Shown here one piece after another: positions 23,401-33,799 of a DNA stretch of 64,000 bases. The notes under the pieces were generated by a model. That model worked only from the letters and a program-made list of their open reading frames with translations, was not told where the DNA came from and did not search any database. The stretch comes from Haplodiscus bocki. Lineage: Eukaryota. Made by a program: the position numbers and the translations under genes. Positions within the stretch are counted from its first letter, which is position 1; each line of letters opens with the position of its first letter. The stretch is from positions 55,800,001 to 55,864,000 of the forward strand of contig OZ296655.1 in assembly GCA_965655095.1 (NCBI GenBank), read 5' to 3'.

Positions 23401-25976
23401 AGCGAGTTATTCTTGAATTATGCTTCAATGAGTTAACTCATGATCGGAACACCTTACGAAACTTATCAAGTATGGCCCCAAGAACATTTCAGCGAAACAT
23501 GAAAAAGCTCGAAAACGGAGAAAGACTGGGACGGAAGGTTTGGAGAAAAAAAGAATTTTCAATGCGACATTTTTTTCGCTCACCACTATAGAACAACATG
23601 AGGAATCCTATATAAAATGGAGATAGTGAACCGTGTCTCGGCTTTTCAAAACTATCAGAATTATTCTGATGTGATTCCGAAAGACCGAAGCCAGCAAGTG
23701 GAAATAGGGAGCCAATAAACAGTGAGCAAACAAGATTCAGTGATAGAGTTTCCGTTATGGCGTCATGATGATCATGCCGAATGAAGAAAGCTGGCGCATG
23801 CTCATCAAGTCGTCCGCTATATTCACGCACCTGCTTTTTCATTCAGCGTGATATTAGTGACTTCGAAGCCAAAAAAACGGACGGTCTTTAAAATGTGTTG
23901 GACAGATTGAAAATTTAATACACCGATCTGGCAGAAGGTTTGCTAGTTACGAAAATGCGTGGAAAAGTTGCAAATCATAGTGAGTGCCCAAAAAACACCC
24001 GCAGAACAAGCTTTGAGCTAAAAAAAACTTTCGGAACGATTGAATCACTGTTCCTAGCTTTGTTCTCAAGGTAAGTGTAAACTTCGTTCACTACATCTTC
24101 ATACTTCGGATCGTTTTGCATAGTCAAGCTTGGGGCCAATCGATGCATGAGCACTAAAGGAATATTATAAGTGGCCGAAAACTCGATAGTAGCTCCATTT
24201 GAATCTTCGCCGGCTGATACGTCGTTTATGATGTTGGCACCGGAGAGAACAGCTTGTTTTGCCACTGATAATTTGGTTGTATCAATACTGATGGTAACTG
24301 TTTGGCCTTTCATCGGCGTTGTACGGTTGGGTTTACACAAACGCTTATTTGGTTTATTTAAGAAAAAGTTACTTTTCACTGAAAAACAGTTCCAATTTAA
24401 CTGACAGAAAAAAGTTAGGATTTTTTGTGTTTTTCAACTTCAATGATTTTTATTCAAAAATAGGTTGACTCCTAAAATAGTTCAAAATTATGAGACCCGA
24501 TTTTAAACATTGCACGAGACGAAAAAGTTATGGTCTCTTTATTTTATGCGACTATCATAATTCATCCATTCATGCTACTTTTTCAAATCTTGGAACATTA
24601 TTGAGTTTAGAAAATTTTTGCCCCATTCACAAAACCAAATCAATGCTAGAGGCTCTCCCTAACAGAGATTTATAAATTAATTGTGAATCCATGAAAATTT
24701 TCGAAGATCCTTCCATGTACAACACCACCTTTCGTATCTCTTCGAATTCCTTCAATCACAGGAATAACTCGGTCCAATTCCACAGTTTCTGATACAGGCA
24801 CACTTCCTATACATACCGATCAGTTTTTTAATCGCTCAAAATTCAAAGTATTAAAAGTTGAAATTCCTTGTAACGATCACGACTTGTTAATTACTGCGCA
24901 GAAGAAAGTACATTCCACTCATAGATTTAACAGACGCCGTATTTTTTGACAACTCCGTGATTTTTTAGGTTCACGATGGAAATTTCGAAGTAAGTCAGAA
25001 CTCCTTCGCAGTTTCAATCTTTTAATCCAGTAGATGAAACATATTCGGCAGTAAAAACAATTTGATTCATTTGGTCTAAAAATTACAAGGGTTGTCAGTG
25101 CAGCGATATTTGATCTAAATAAAGTAAAAAAAAACACAACGCAATTTTACCACACGACAGGCCGTACTTTCCTAAAAAGCAGCAAAATTCTATACGGTTA
25201 GTCAGCGCGTGGAAACAAGCCCGCCTATAGCGGTGACATTTCGTTTTTTTTTCAACCCGTGCGAACTGCCATTTTCCTACAACCTTTTAGCATGTCAAAT
25301 TTTGTTGGAAATCAGAATATCTTGAACGACAAAAGCGTGCCCGAAGTAATTCTAACGTGCGACAAAATTTTTTTCTATCTCCTCGACCTAAAACTGCACT
25401 GAGAAATCAAAACAGTTAAAAAAATTTCGAGACGCGCGGGCCCGGCTGACTTAGGCTGTTCCCGGCTTGTAGTCTTTTGAAAAGTAGAGCACCTGAGAGC
25501 TAGGTGAACTTTGAAATGCTCGTCAAAAATATTGATACTCGCATCAAAAAAAGCCGTCAATCAGAGGCATTGGCTCAACCTTGGCGAGGAAAGAAGTGCA
25601 ACTTTCATTCTCATATTTGACAAATCCAATACAATTCTTCCCGCAAAAAGCAGTCCTCTGTACTGGTTTTTTCAATCAAACTGAAAAAAAATCAGACATA
25701 AATCGAGCAATCCTTCAAGTAATTCAGAAAATACCCTTTTTCCATCTTCCGGAGATGTATGAGCGATTAAGCTGGTGTTCCTGGTCTAGAAGACTCTCCA
25801 CCAATATCTAAGATGTCAGCTCCAGCGGAAACGGCCTCCAATGCCTGTTTGAATGATCTCTCAGTATTGTGATTGGGGTCTCCGTCGTAGAAAGAGTCAG
25901 GGGTGCAGTTGACTACGGCCATCAAAAGAGGACACCCCCCTCGTTTCAATTTCGAACGCACGAACGAAGCAAACAT
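20319..25976 (-). CDS. folP: Dihydropteroate synthase, stand-alone, 5 exons: complement(join(20319..20497,20866..21005,24054..24297,24729..24806,25781..25976)), 837 nt, 278 aa
   Basis: The spliced product has the DHPS motifs in order with no stops: MAVVNCTPDSFYDG, GADILDIGGESSRPG, VSETVELDRVIPVIEGI, ISIDT, GANIINDVSAG, VLMH, YEDVVNEV, IDPGIGFGKT, VLIGASNKR, ILRVHNV. Exon phases are consistent (1,1,2,1). The start ATG is the first in-frame Met; an extra upstream exon cannot be excluded. Confidence 0.93.
20498..20865 (-). other. DHPS intron 4, 368 nt, GT-AG, weaker terminal arms
   Basis: GTAGTGTT-TGTTGGCAA ... TTGTTAACA-TCCAATTATTGTAG. 9 bp with two G-U pairs (20849-20857 and 20512-20520). Confidence 0.88.
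20866..21005 (-). CDS. folP: DHPS exon 4 (RYYELGGSPANLCIDPGIGFGKT...CVLI)
   Basis: DPGIGFGK motif; bounded by CAG| and TAG|GT. Confidence 0.93.
21802..21876. repeat. Tandem duplication, 34-bp period (2.2 copies), in DHPS intron 3
   Basis: tcgaccttataccacagaagtttcggccgatatt twice, then tcgacct. Confidence 0.95.
23199..23800 (+). mobile_element. Tc1/mariner-like DNA transposon remnant in DHPS intron 3
   Basis: TA|TAGTGGTG start resembles a TA|CAGTG TIR. ORF 23391-23591 resembles the N-terminal paired-like HTH (..RTFQRNMKKLENGERLGRK). No intact DDE domain. Confidence 0.4.
24054..24297 (-). CDS. folP: DHPS exon 3 (VTISIDTTK...INDVSAG...VLMH...YEDVVNEVYTYLENKAR)
   Basis: Pterin-binding Asp, Asn and Met motifs; bounded by CAG| and TAG|GA. 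Confidence 0.93.
24298..24728 (-). other. DHPS intron 2, 431 nt, GT-AG, terminal complementary arms
   Basis: GT-GGTGTTGTAC ... GTACAACGCC-GATGAAAGGCCAAACAG. 10 bp with one G-U pair (24717-24726 and 24315-24324). Confidence 0.88.
24729..24806 (-). CDS. folP: DHPS exon 2 (GSVPVSETVELDRVIPVIEGIRRDTK), not in the ORF track
   Basis: Matches the DHPS 'VSxEEELxRVIPV' helix; bounded by TAG| and AAG|GT. Confidence 0.92.
24807..25780 (-). other. DHPS intron 1, 974 nt, non-canonical GA-AG, terminal complementary arms
   Basis: GAACACCAGC-TTAATCGCTCA ... TGAGCGATTAA-AAAACTGATCGGTATGTATAG. The 11-bp arms are a perfect match (25760-25770 and 24828-24838). Confidence 0.82.
25781..25976 (-). CDS. folP: DHPS exon 1 (MFASFVRS...NCTPDSFYDG...DIGGESSRP)
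   Basis: Loop-1 and loop-2 DHPS motifs; ends CCAG|GAACAC. Confidence 0.92.
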
Positions 25977-26776
25977 TTCCGGATCAGAAATAGAACAGAG
26001 CACGCTTACATAAAATGATACACGAATTAGACTATAGTCGGGCTTTAGTAACTTTTAAATATACTGGAAAATCCGTGTCAGTGAAACAAAACCAAGAATC
26101 AGAAATGAAACAAGCCCGGAAGGCTTAAGTCGGCGTTGCCCGTAAGGCTTACCATACTTTAAGGTGGGGAGGCTTTCAGAGATGGAAAAATACCAAAATA
26201 GGTAATTGGTATATTTTTTGGAATGTAAAAATCATAGCTTTTACTGGGATTCTAAACCGCAACCCCGCTGATTTGAAACCCTTTCTTCCTATTCATTCGG
26301 ACACGAGGATACCATATGAGCAATAAAATAGGCCCCTAACGGGGCTCGAATATCGAAGCAAACGCAGTAATTTGACAAATTAGAAATTTTGAAAACTTCT
26401 GAATGATCAAACACTTAATTAATCTCACGGACTAAAACTACTTTGCATTTTGACCTAAAAGATGAAGTGTATCTTCGAAATTTTGAGAAGAACAATTTGA
26501 AAAATAAAACGCAATTTGTTGTTTCCGGTTGGATCTATATACATATACGCAATCGAGGCGAAGAGCTTCGAAACACTGCATTTCTAAAATGCTTCCGTTG
26601 GTTTATTGAGGCACTCATTCACAAACCTATTAGGCATGTATGACAGACAATTCCCACGACACCGTTTATTGCACGGAAATTGAATGAACAACATAACATC
26701 ATAGGAATCATCCACAGCGAGAAGTCTTCTCAAAGATTTAAAAAAATTGACCTAGCGAATGAATCTAATGAAAATA

Positions 26777-27366
26777 AAACATAGGCGCTAAGGTGCTTAG
26801 CGCAAGGCTCGCTGAGGTGACCAACCTCTTGACTACAATGCTGACCACATGCTTATGCAATGCCAGAGAGCATGTAGCGAAATCCGGATAGATTAGGTAG
26901 AAGAGAACCATGAGATAACAGCGGATGTTCAAGGTAACTATCCTAAACACGAAAATTTAGCCTAAAAAGAAAATGTTGCCATCTCAAAAATCAGCGAAAG
27001 CCAGCCGGTGTTTTGCAAATGCCGTGTCAGAGCAGCAAGGTCTCATAAGTTGACAATTACGTTGTCAAGTAAAGACACAAGAATCTGGAAAGAAAAAATC
27101 TTCCGAAGAAGCCGTGTTTTCTCGAAAACCTTTGTCAGTAAAATCGATTAATAGATTATTGACGCAAACCCAAAATCATATGAACACTGAGGAGATGCGG
27201 GGGGTTACGAGGAGACACACACACTTATGGTAATTTTCCAGGTGATGAGAGCCGCAATAAAAATATCGCAAGGGCAAAAACATATGAGAAAAATTGATCT
27301 ACGCGTAAAGAGTACTTTCGCCAGACAACGGAGCGTACCGCGGAAAGCTCGCCACTGGTTCTCCAG
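26777..27366 (+). repeat. Dispersed repeat, copy 1 (homologous to 62455-63042 on the opposite strand)
   Basis: Shared blocks GCGCAAGGCTCGC, GCTTATGCAATGCCA, GTTCAAGGTAACTATCCTAA, CAGCGAAAGCCAGCC, CATAAGTTGACAA, GAACACTGA.GAGATGC.GGGGGTTA and TTTTCCAGGTGATG. Confidence 0.85.
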
Positions 27367-27599
27367 GCAATCCAACGAGCGTAACGAAGCCCAGTTACTA
27401 TTTATTGTTTATACAAGAGGATAAAAAGTCTTCGGAAGAGTCGACAAGTCTTAACAAACCTATGTTTAGACAATTTTCATCAATAAAGCCATGAGAAAAA
27501 TACACTCAGAGTCGAAGCTTGCATCAAAACCCACTGTTATACACATTGGGTAGTCTGCTTCTCCATTCAAGTGCTAGGCATCACCTTGAGGCACGCTGA

Positions 27600-28436
27600 A
27601 CGCGCTAAACTTTGGATAATGAAGAAACTTATTCAAAAATTCAATTTTTTTCAGAAAACTTTCCGACAAAATCTTTTGGAAAAAACGGAAAAAAGTCGGC
27701 TAAACCCTAAAAGCAACTTACGCTTCATATTCAATGGCCTAACCAACATTGGGATGCCGTACAAGCGATATTAGTTCAAAGAAGTGAAACAAAGTAACAC
27801 TTGCCCTCTGAAAAAATCTGGGTTTTCAATTGTTTTCGCCAAAAACTCTCCGGCGGAAAAAATTCGACTGCCAAAAAACTCAACTCCGGTCAATTACGAC
27901 GTTCTCAATGCAGCTAAGCAATAGCCAATTGGATCCTGCCAATATGTTTGTAGAAAATGAGCGTCAAATTTAAGAAACGCAGTGGGCAATGGGGAATGTC
28001 GAATCTGTCTCGAAAAAAGTCGAAAATTTCAGCTTTTTTTGATGAAAACTGGCCGGAAAAATACTTTTGGCAAAACTATTACAGCAAGCAGCTCAAATGA
28101 ACGGTGCTCCATCGATTAGTGCAAAAATATTAGCATTTCCAAGCTTACTGTAAAGACAGGACACGAAAATATACCCTTTGCGCGCTAAAAAATCCGGAAA
28201 TTGAAATTTTCATCGCTAATAACTCCCTGAAAAAATTTCGGCGACCGAAACTTTGGATTATGATAGATCGTTAACCCGTCGTAGTGTTTATACAAAAATC
28301 GGATGAGTCCGACCAGTAGGTGGCGAGAAAATTAGATTTAAAAAGTTGAAACGCAGAGGGATGTCAAGGAAGGGAAAAAAACGAAATCATTTTGACGTGT
28401 CTTTGTGCGAATAGGCTTCGCTCCGCTCGCCTAAAA
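27600..28436. repeat. Non-autonomous element with diverged internal ~120-bp repeats and a terminal hairpin
   Basis: Recurrent AAAACT..CCGG..AAAAA..T units, ending in TAGGCTTCGCTCCGCTCGCCTA (28412-28433), which resembles Helitron/DINE-like ends. Confidence 0.4.
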
Positions 28437-28509
28437 ACATTCGCTATAAATGGCCCTTGAGAAGGCTCTCTAAACTAGATTCATGCACCTGCACTGAAAC
28501 GGTAAAATT

Positions 28510-29130
28510 TTGACCTCTCCAAATCCGAAAAGAACTATCAACCTCGGCATGAGGGAAAAACATACCGTGACCCATGCTTTACACTGTCAAAAAGAAGCCT
28601 ACAATCCCATCAAGCACAACGAAATTAGAGACGTTACGACCATTTTGATGGCTGAAGTCAGCTATGATGTCAATGTCGAACCACATCTTCAAGCGTTACA
28701 AGACCAAAGCTTTAATAGCCTTACAACCCGCGGCGATGACGCCAGATTAGACATTGAAGCAAATGGAGTAGAGGAATTAAGATTGACTGGAACTCATTTT
28801 GACGTGAAAGTTTTCAACCCACTTGCAAAGTCATGCCGAACAAACTCCAGAGATGTCTAAGAAAAGAATCGATTATTAAGAACAAACACGAGCAACGCAT
28901 CATTGAAATTGATATACATACCTTCTTTCACTCTGTCGCGTGGTCTTATTGTAGACGGGCGGAGAGCTTTTTGCCAACCAAAAAACAATATGACACACCT
29001 AGCACTACTGATGAGTTAAAATAATGATGGAAAGTCAAACGTCATAGCATACATTCGTAGTGAAATTAGTTTTGCACTTCTGAGAAGCAAAAATTTTGTA
29101 CATTAGAGGCTGCCGCTTTACAAGATCACC
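28510..29130 (+). mobile_element. 3' fragment of a CRE-like (restriction-like endonuclease) non-LTR retrotransposon
   Basis: HALHC...HNEIRD (Zn-knuckle region), VEPHLQ, ARLDI and FDVKVFNP (PD-D/ExK-type endonuclease), plus IRSEISFALLR near the end. Confidence 0.75.
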
Positions 29131-29559
29131 AACAGAAAGCGGAATTGAGTCAACACCGTCGACGAAAAAAACTAACAAGAAAATTGATGCTACAGATTTC
29201 AAAAAAATGAAGGAATTAGCTAAATTTGCTCTTTATTGGGTAATGATGTATCGAAGTGTTATGGTTCATTGTCTACATTCAAAGAAGGAGAAGTATTGAC
29301 ATTAGGTCTCACTGCACAGAGAATTCACTGATGCACTGTAACTAACTTCAAGAAGCACATTTAGATGAAGTACCGTTCCAACGGATTTTATTTAAGAGAG
29401 ATAACACTATTGTATAGGGATAGCTGACACTAAATATACAATAAAGTGTGAACGATTCATGAATCAAGCATAAACGACTTCATCAATGTATTACAAAGAA
29501 ATTGGGTTATTTGAAGCGGAAATCACGCCAAGTAATGGCTAGATGTACAGGGACAACAA

Positions 29560-31720
29560 TAGACTCACTTACAAGGAAACTTTTTAGTCTACTTTTGAAT
29601 ACCTGAAGACTTACACTTATATCTCGCAAACTCAAAGGCAGTGAGTTCCACTTCAAGAAAATGTGGTGAAAGAAAGATTTGGAGCAAGATGAAACAGATG
29701 GTACCTTCCCTCAAAGAATTATTTGATTGGAACGGTTATTCACCTGAAAATTTGCGATGGGTAACTTTATTGTCCACAAATGCTTCTTTTTCTATTGTTG
29801 ACATACAGGTAAAAACAGGTCAATGACTTCAGATCATTACGTTGCCGAATGCCGAGTACACTTTTGTGTATTCTCAAATCAAATGAACAAGTAAACCCTT
29901 GATGATGGAACGAAAATAAACAGACTTTAAAGCCCAATTCACCTGTTTCTCTAACGATAGTAATAACGTTAGGGTAATTTGCAGCAGCAATCAAGCAGAA
30001 TACTGGGAAGCACTCAAAAAGAGCCTGGAAAAGCATGAGGAGAACTGTTCTTAGAAACTTATGTTCTATACTTTCGATGGTTTTGATACCCACAGCCATT
30101 TTCTTCAATACCTTTTTGTTTTCAGTCTGGAAATCGAGGTGCTTATCAATTCTTACATGTATAAACTTACACTGATTCGATTTTTCAATTCTAGATGAGC
30201 CTACTACAATTGTGCCTGAGTTCTGCAGACGTTTATCTTACGAGAAAAAGTGATGAATTATGTTTCACTATCGTTCAAGATCAACCGCTTAAAAAAGAAG
30301 TAATTTTCTAATTTTACTACATTTTCCTGTCAGCGGTTAAGTGAAATCTCCGATTCACTATCGCTGCAATAGAGCAAGCAATCATCAGCAGACTGTATTA
30401 TATGAGCATTTTCTCTAATTTGATCCGAGAGGTCATTTACATATAAGTTGAACAGCAGGGATCCCAGCACAGTTCCTTCAGGAACACTTTCTTTCAGTTT
30501 AATCCAATCGGAGACTATTTTATTTACTGTAACTTTCTGTAATCTCTTCGTTAAGAAACTCTCAATGCATTCAATAGCCGAATGAGAAAAACTCAGTGAT
30601 TTCAATTTTTTCAGAAAGATTCCATGCGATAATGAGTCAAAAGCTTCAGATAAATCCAAAAATACTGCATGAACCACATTGCCATTTTCTATTGAATCAG
30701 ACCAATTATCAGCAGATGCGTTTTGACAGTACTTTTTAAAGGCGAGTTGGCGTTTAGCGAGCAAATTTTTGCAGTCATGACCGAACCAGGATTCTTTCAA
30801 AAGTTTCGGAATTTTCTTCGTTAGGAATACCTTTTCGAGGGGAGCATGCTTTTCCGCAGCACTAGACAACAAATTGACAAACATGTCAAACTTATCACTG
30901 GGAGTTGAACACTGATATACTTTAAACCATGGGAGACCTGACAATGTTTTGCAAAAAGCGATTTTGTCAAATTTTTTCAGGTCAAAACAGTGAATTATGA
31001 TGCGACTTAGTTTTCCAACAGTAATATCTGTAAAAAGAGCACAACCTAAGTGACCGGTTTTGAAAGGACTATCAAAAACAAAGCTTTTCTCGTCCGGTAT
31101 ACGTTCCGTTAGAATATAAACAAAGTGTGTTTTCGTAGTTTCACAAATGTGTGTTAGAAAAATTGGACCAGCTACTGAAAAACCGTAGGGCAAATTCGCA
31201 GTTTCTAGATTTTCCCGTTCCAGCGTTGTAAAGAAATCCAAATTGTAGTCACCCATCGTGGTGATCGGAAGCGGTTCGCAAGTAGCGTTATCAAAATTAC
31301 GCGACAATTGTTCGAGGGAGTCAATTTGGTTAGCTTTCAGAAGATTATAGGTTACATCCAGAAGCATTTTTGACTCACAAATATTAGAAAAGTTACAGCG
31401 GCATTCAACCCATGAAGATTCGAATTTAGATTTATCAAAAATATTCAAATCTTCACGTTCTTTCGGTGCTAGTCTTAAAGGCACAAAGAGCATTACACCG
31501 CAACCCTTCTTTATTTCATTGTTTTGATTTCTAACACATATAAATAGTTCATTGTGGAAAAAGCGACGTTCCATTAAGATAAATCATCATCAGGCGTGAG
31601 CCAGATTCCAGAGATACCAACTATAGCATTTTCGCCCACGTCGCTAACAAAAGATTTCAACGGCATCCGTTTGTTTGTTACACCTTGAAGTTCATGTGAA
31701 TGAAGGGCAGTGTCTATTTG
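29560..31720 (-). pseudogene. LINE ORF2 (APE endonuclease + reverse transcriptase), with internal deletion and stops
   Basis: GISGIWL, KKGCGVML and MGDYNLD (APE); VFLDLSEAFD, VPEGTVLGSLLFNLYVNDL and SADD (from YADD). The sequence jumps from the linker straight to RT domain 3. Confidence 0.9.
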
Positions 31721-31861
31721 TAATTCACAGACAACTGGGAAAAACTTTCAAGACTAATTTCAGGACAAGGATTTTGTACAATGCCACCGCACTTTTTCAC
31801 GAATAACGAAGCACAGAGGAAAAAACAAAGTGTTTAAAATCTTGTCAGATATTCCAAGGTT

Positions 31862-32574
31862 TCAAAACGAATACTTTTTCAAACTATTGCAGGCATTAGC
31901 GAGTAGCTCATTATCACACTTTTGTAGCTTATAAAGATTATCAAATACCAGCTTTTGGTTATCTAGCATGAATATAAAAATTTTCCCATTTGCAGTTACA
32001 ACACTGCGAACATCATCTTTACTTCTCAGGTCAAGGCTCATTTTTGCACGTAAAGGCGTCAAGTCATCATTTACATAGATACTGGTTTCTTTCAGATTCC
32101 TCCTGTGCTTCATAAATTGGTGCTTAGTATCCCACCTGACAAACTTAGCAATTAGAGGTTTTTGGCCCTTACCTCCGCCAGGTAGGCGGTGACAGGCACT
32201 AACATCACGAGCAAAGATTGTGACGCCAGCTTTTTCAGCCACACTAACCACCTTGGCGAAGACGTCTTCATCCGGCTCCTCCTCTACACCAAAGATGCGC
32301 ACGTTCTCCCTTCGCCCGCACTGCTCAATGCTGTCGGCCTCTATGATTAGGGACCGGTCATCCACAGTAGAAGCTCTCATCTGCAGCTCCTCAACAGCGC
32401 AAATGCCGCAAAGGAAAAGTTTTTGGGAATGAGCGTAGACACCCAAACGTTTGTCCAGATGATGCAGCCATTCCTGTCCATTCCAGGTCCAGTGCACTCC
32501 ACGAGATGGTTGCTGCCGTCGTCCTTCTTTGCTGGGTTTGGCGCAGATGCTGAGTTGTTGCGCGTCGGCGCCAT
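31862..32574 (-). pseudogene. LINE ORF1p (coiled coil + RRM-like + C-terminal domain), frameshifted near the N-terminus
   Basis: EQCGRRENVRIFGVEE, ACHRL, PLIAKFV and IYVNDDLT motifs typical of the L1-type ORF1 of CR1/L2/Jockey-group LINEs. Confidence 0.85.
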
Positions 32575-33799
32575 CAGTTATTCTATAGTAAATCTTTTTA
32601 ATAAGTTTATCACGACAATCTCAATTTATGAAATTTTTGAAATTGAAATATTCCACGAAATGCATGAATAAATCTTGCCCCTTCCTGATTTTAAGGCATG
32701 CCTGGAACTTCAAAACTTCCTTGCAGATTAAATTGAATTCACCTAGTCTGGAGCGTCATGAGAAATAATAAAAGAATAAATGAAGAAATTTTAGGAAAAA
32801 ATTGGGACAAAATCGGATTGCAACATCAAGCTAATAAAACAAAAAGAAAGGCTATTAGGCAAGAGAGGAATGAAGAGAGCCCGCTGAAAGCGCCGGTGCA
32901 ACAACATCTCTGGCCGCTCTTGCATGGAAGTTTTACATGTTTTTGTAAGTTGCCTGATATGACTTTTTACAAGTTTTAACATGAAGCATGGAAAATTTTA
33001 TATTGCATGAAATTGTGACTGCTGGCGGGACTTGTTACTAAACTTTTCCATACAATATACAAAATCTGAATGCAGCAGACATATTTCAATTTATACAAAA
33101 TTTTCCATTCAGTATTAAAGATTTTCCACGCACATTTCCAAATAATACGCGCCGTTCAAAATTTGTCATCGCGGTAATTTACTCATTTCGCTGTTTTTTT
33201 ATTAAGACCCCTGAAAGATTTCATGAGCAACAGAGGTTTATCATTAAGTAAAAATAGGACGTTTCAGCAATCTGTGAGCAATTTTCGATCGAAAAACAAA
33301 AATTTCAGAAAAAAACTGAATCAAAATGTTGGAGGCTTAAAACTGGTTTTATCTAATTGAGTCCGGACACCATAATTAAACTTTCATCCAGGTCAAGTCG
33401 ATAGTTTGTTCTCACTGACTTTCTTTCTGGAGAGGTGACAAATACTTTGCTGAGGTGAAGTAGAGTATTTAAAAAATGGGAAAGTATTTTTCGATACGTT
33501 TTGTGAGCTTTTTGCATTGCAATTTCGTGAAATTTTTGCAAGTTTTAAAAAATTTTGCATGATTTTTCCATGGAAGATCCCTAAATTGTCGATGTTTTAC
33601 AAGAAATATCCCTGCATGCATTATTACAACAAGCAAAATTTTCATGCGAGTCCGACTTGGGATACCATTCTATTATGCAAAAAATTTTTTACACCAGCTG
33701 TCCATCAGTTTGTTAGAAAAAGCTAAATTAAGATATGTACCTGTCACAGGGTCTCACACTCGAAAAGGAGATATGTCAGTCATATTTTTTCAAAAGACT

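Larger units (their letters stand above)
21006..24053 (-). other. DHPS intron 3, 3048 nt, non-canonical GA-AG, terminal complementary arms
   Basis: GAA-CAGTGATTCAATCG ... CGATTTAATCACTG-ACCAG. 13 of 14 positions complementary (24037-24050 and 21011-21024). Confidence 0.82.
29385..32920 (-). mobile_element. CR1/L2-group LINE, near full length but degenerate
   Basis: 5' UTR, ORF1, APE-RT ORF2, and AATAAA near the 3' end (~29390). Boundaries are approximate. Confidence 0.85.

Noticed and set aside
20319-25976. DHPS as bacterial contamination or a fragmented pseudogene
   Set aside because: The pieces join in frame at AG-ending introns into a full-length protein with no stops, and eukaryotic TE remnants lie in and around the introns.
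25977-26700. Upstream HPPK (folK) exon making a bifunctional HPPK-DHPS
   Set aside because: No GSN/PRxxDLD-type HPPK motifs seen. The frame is open only ~26 codons upstream of the ATG. A distant exon is not strictly excluded.
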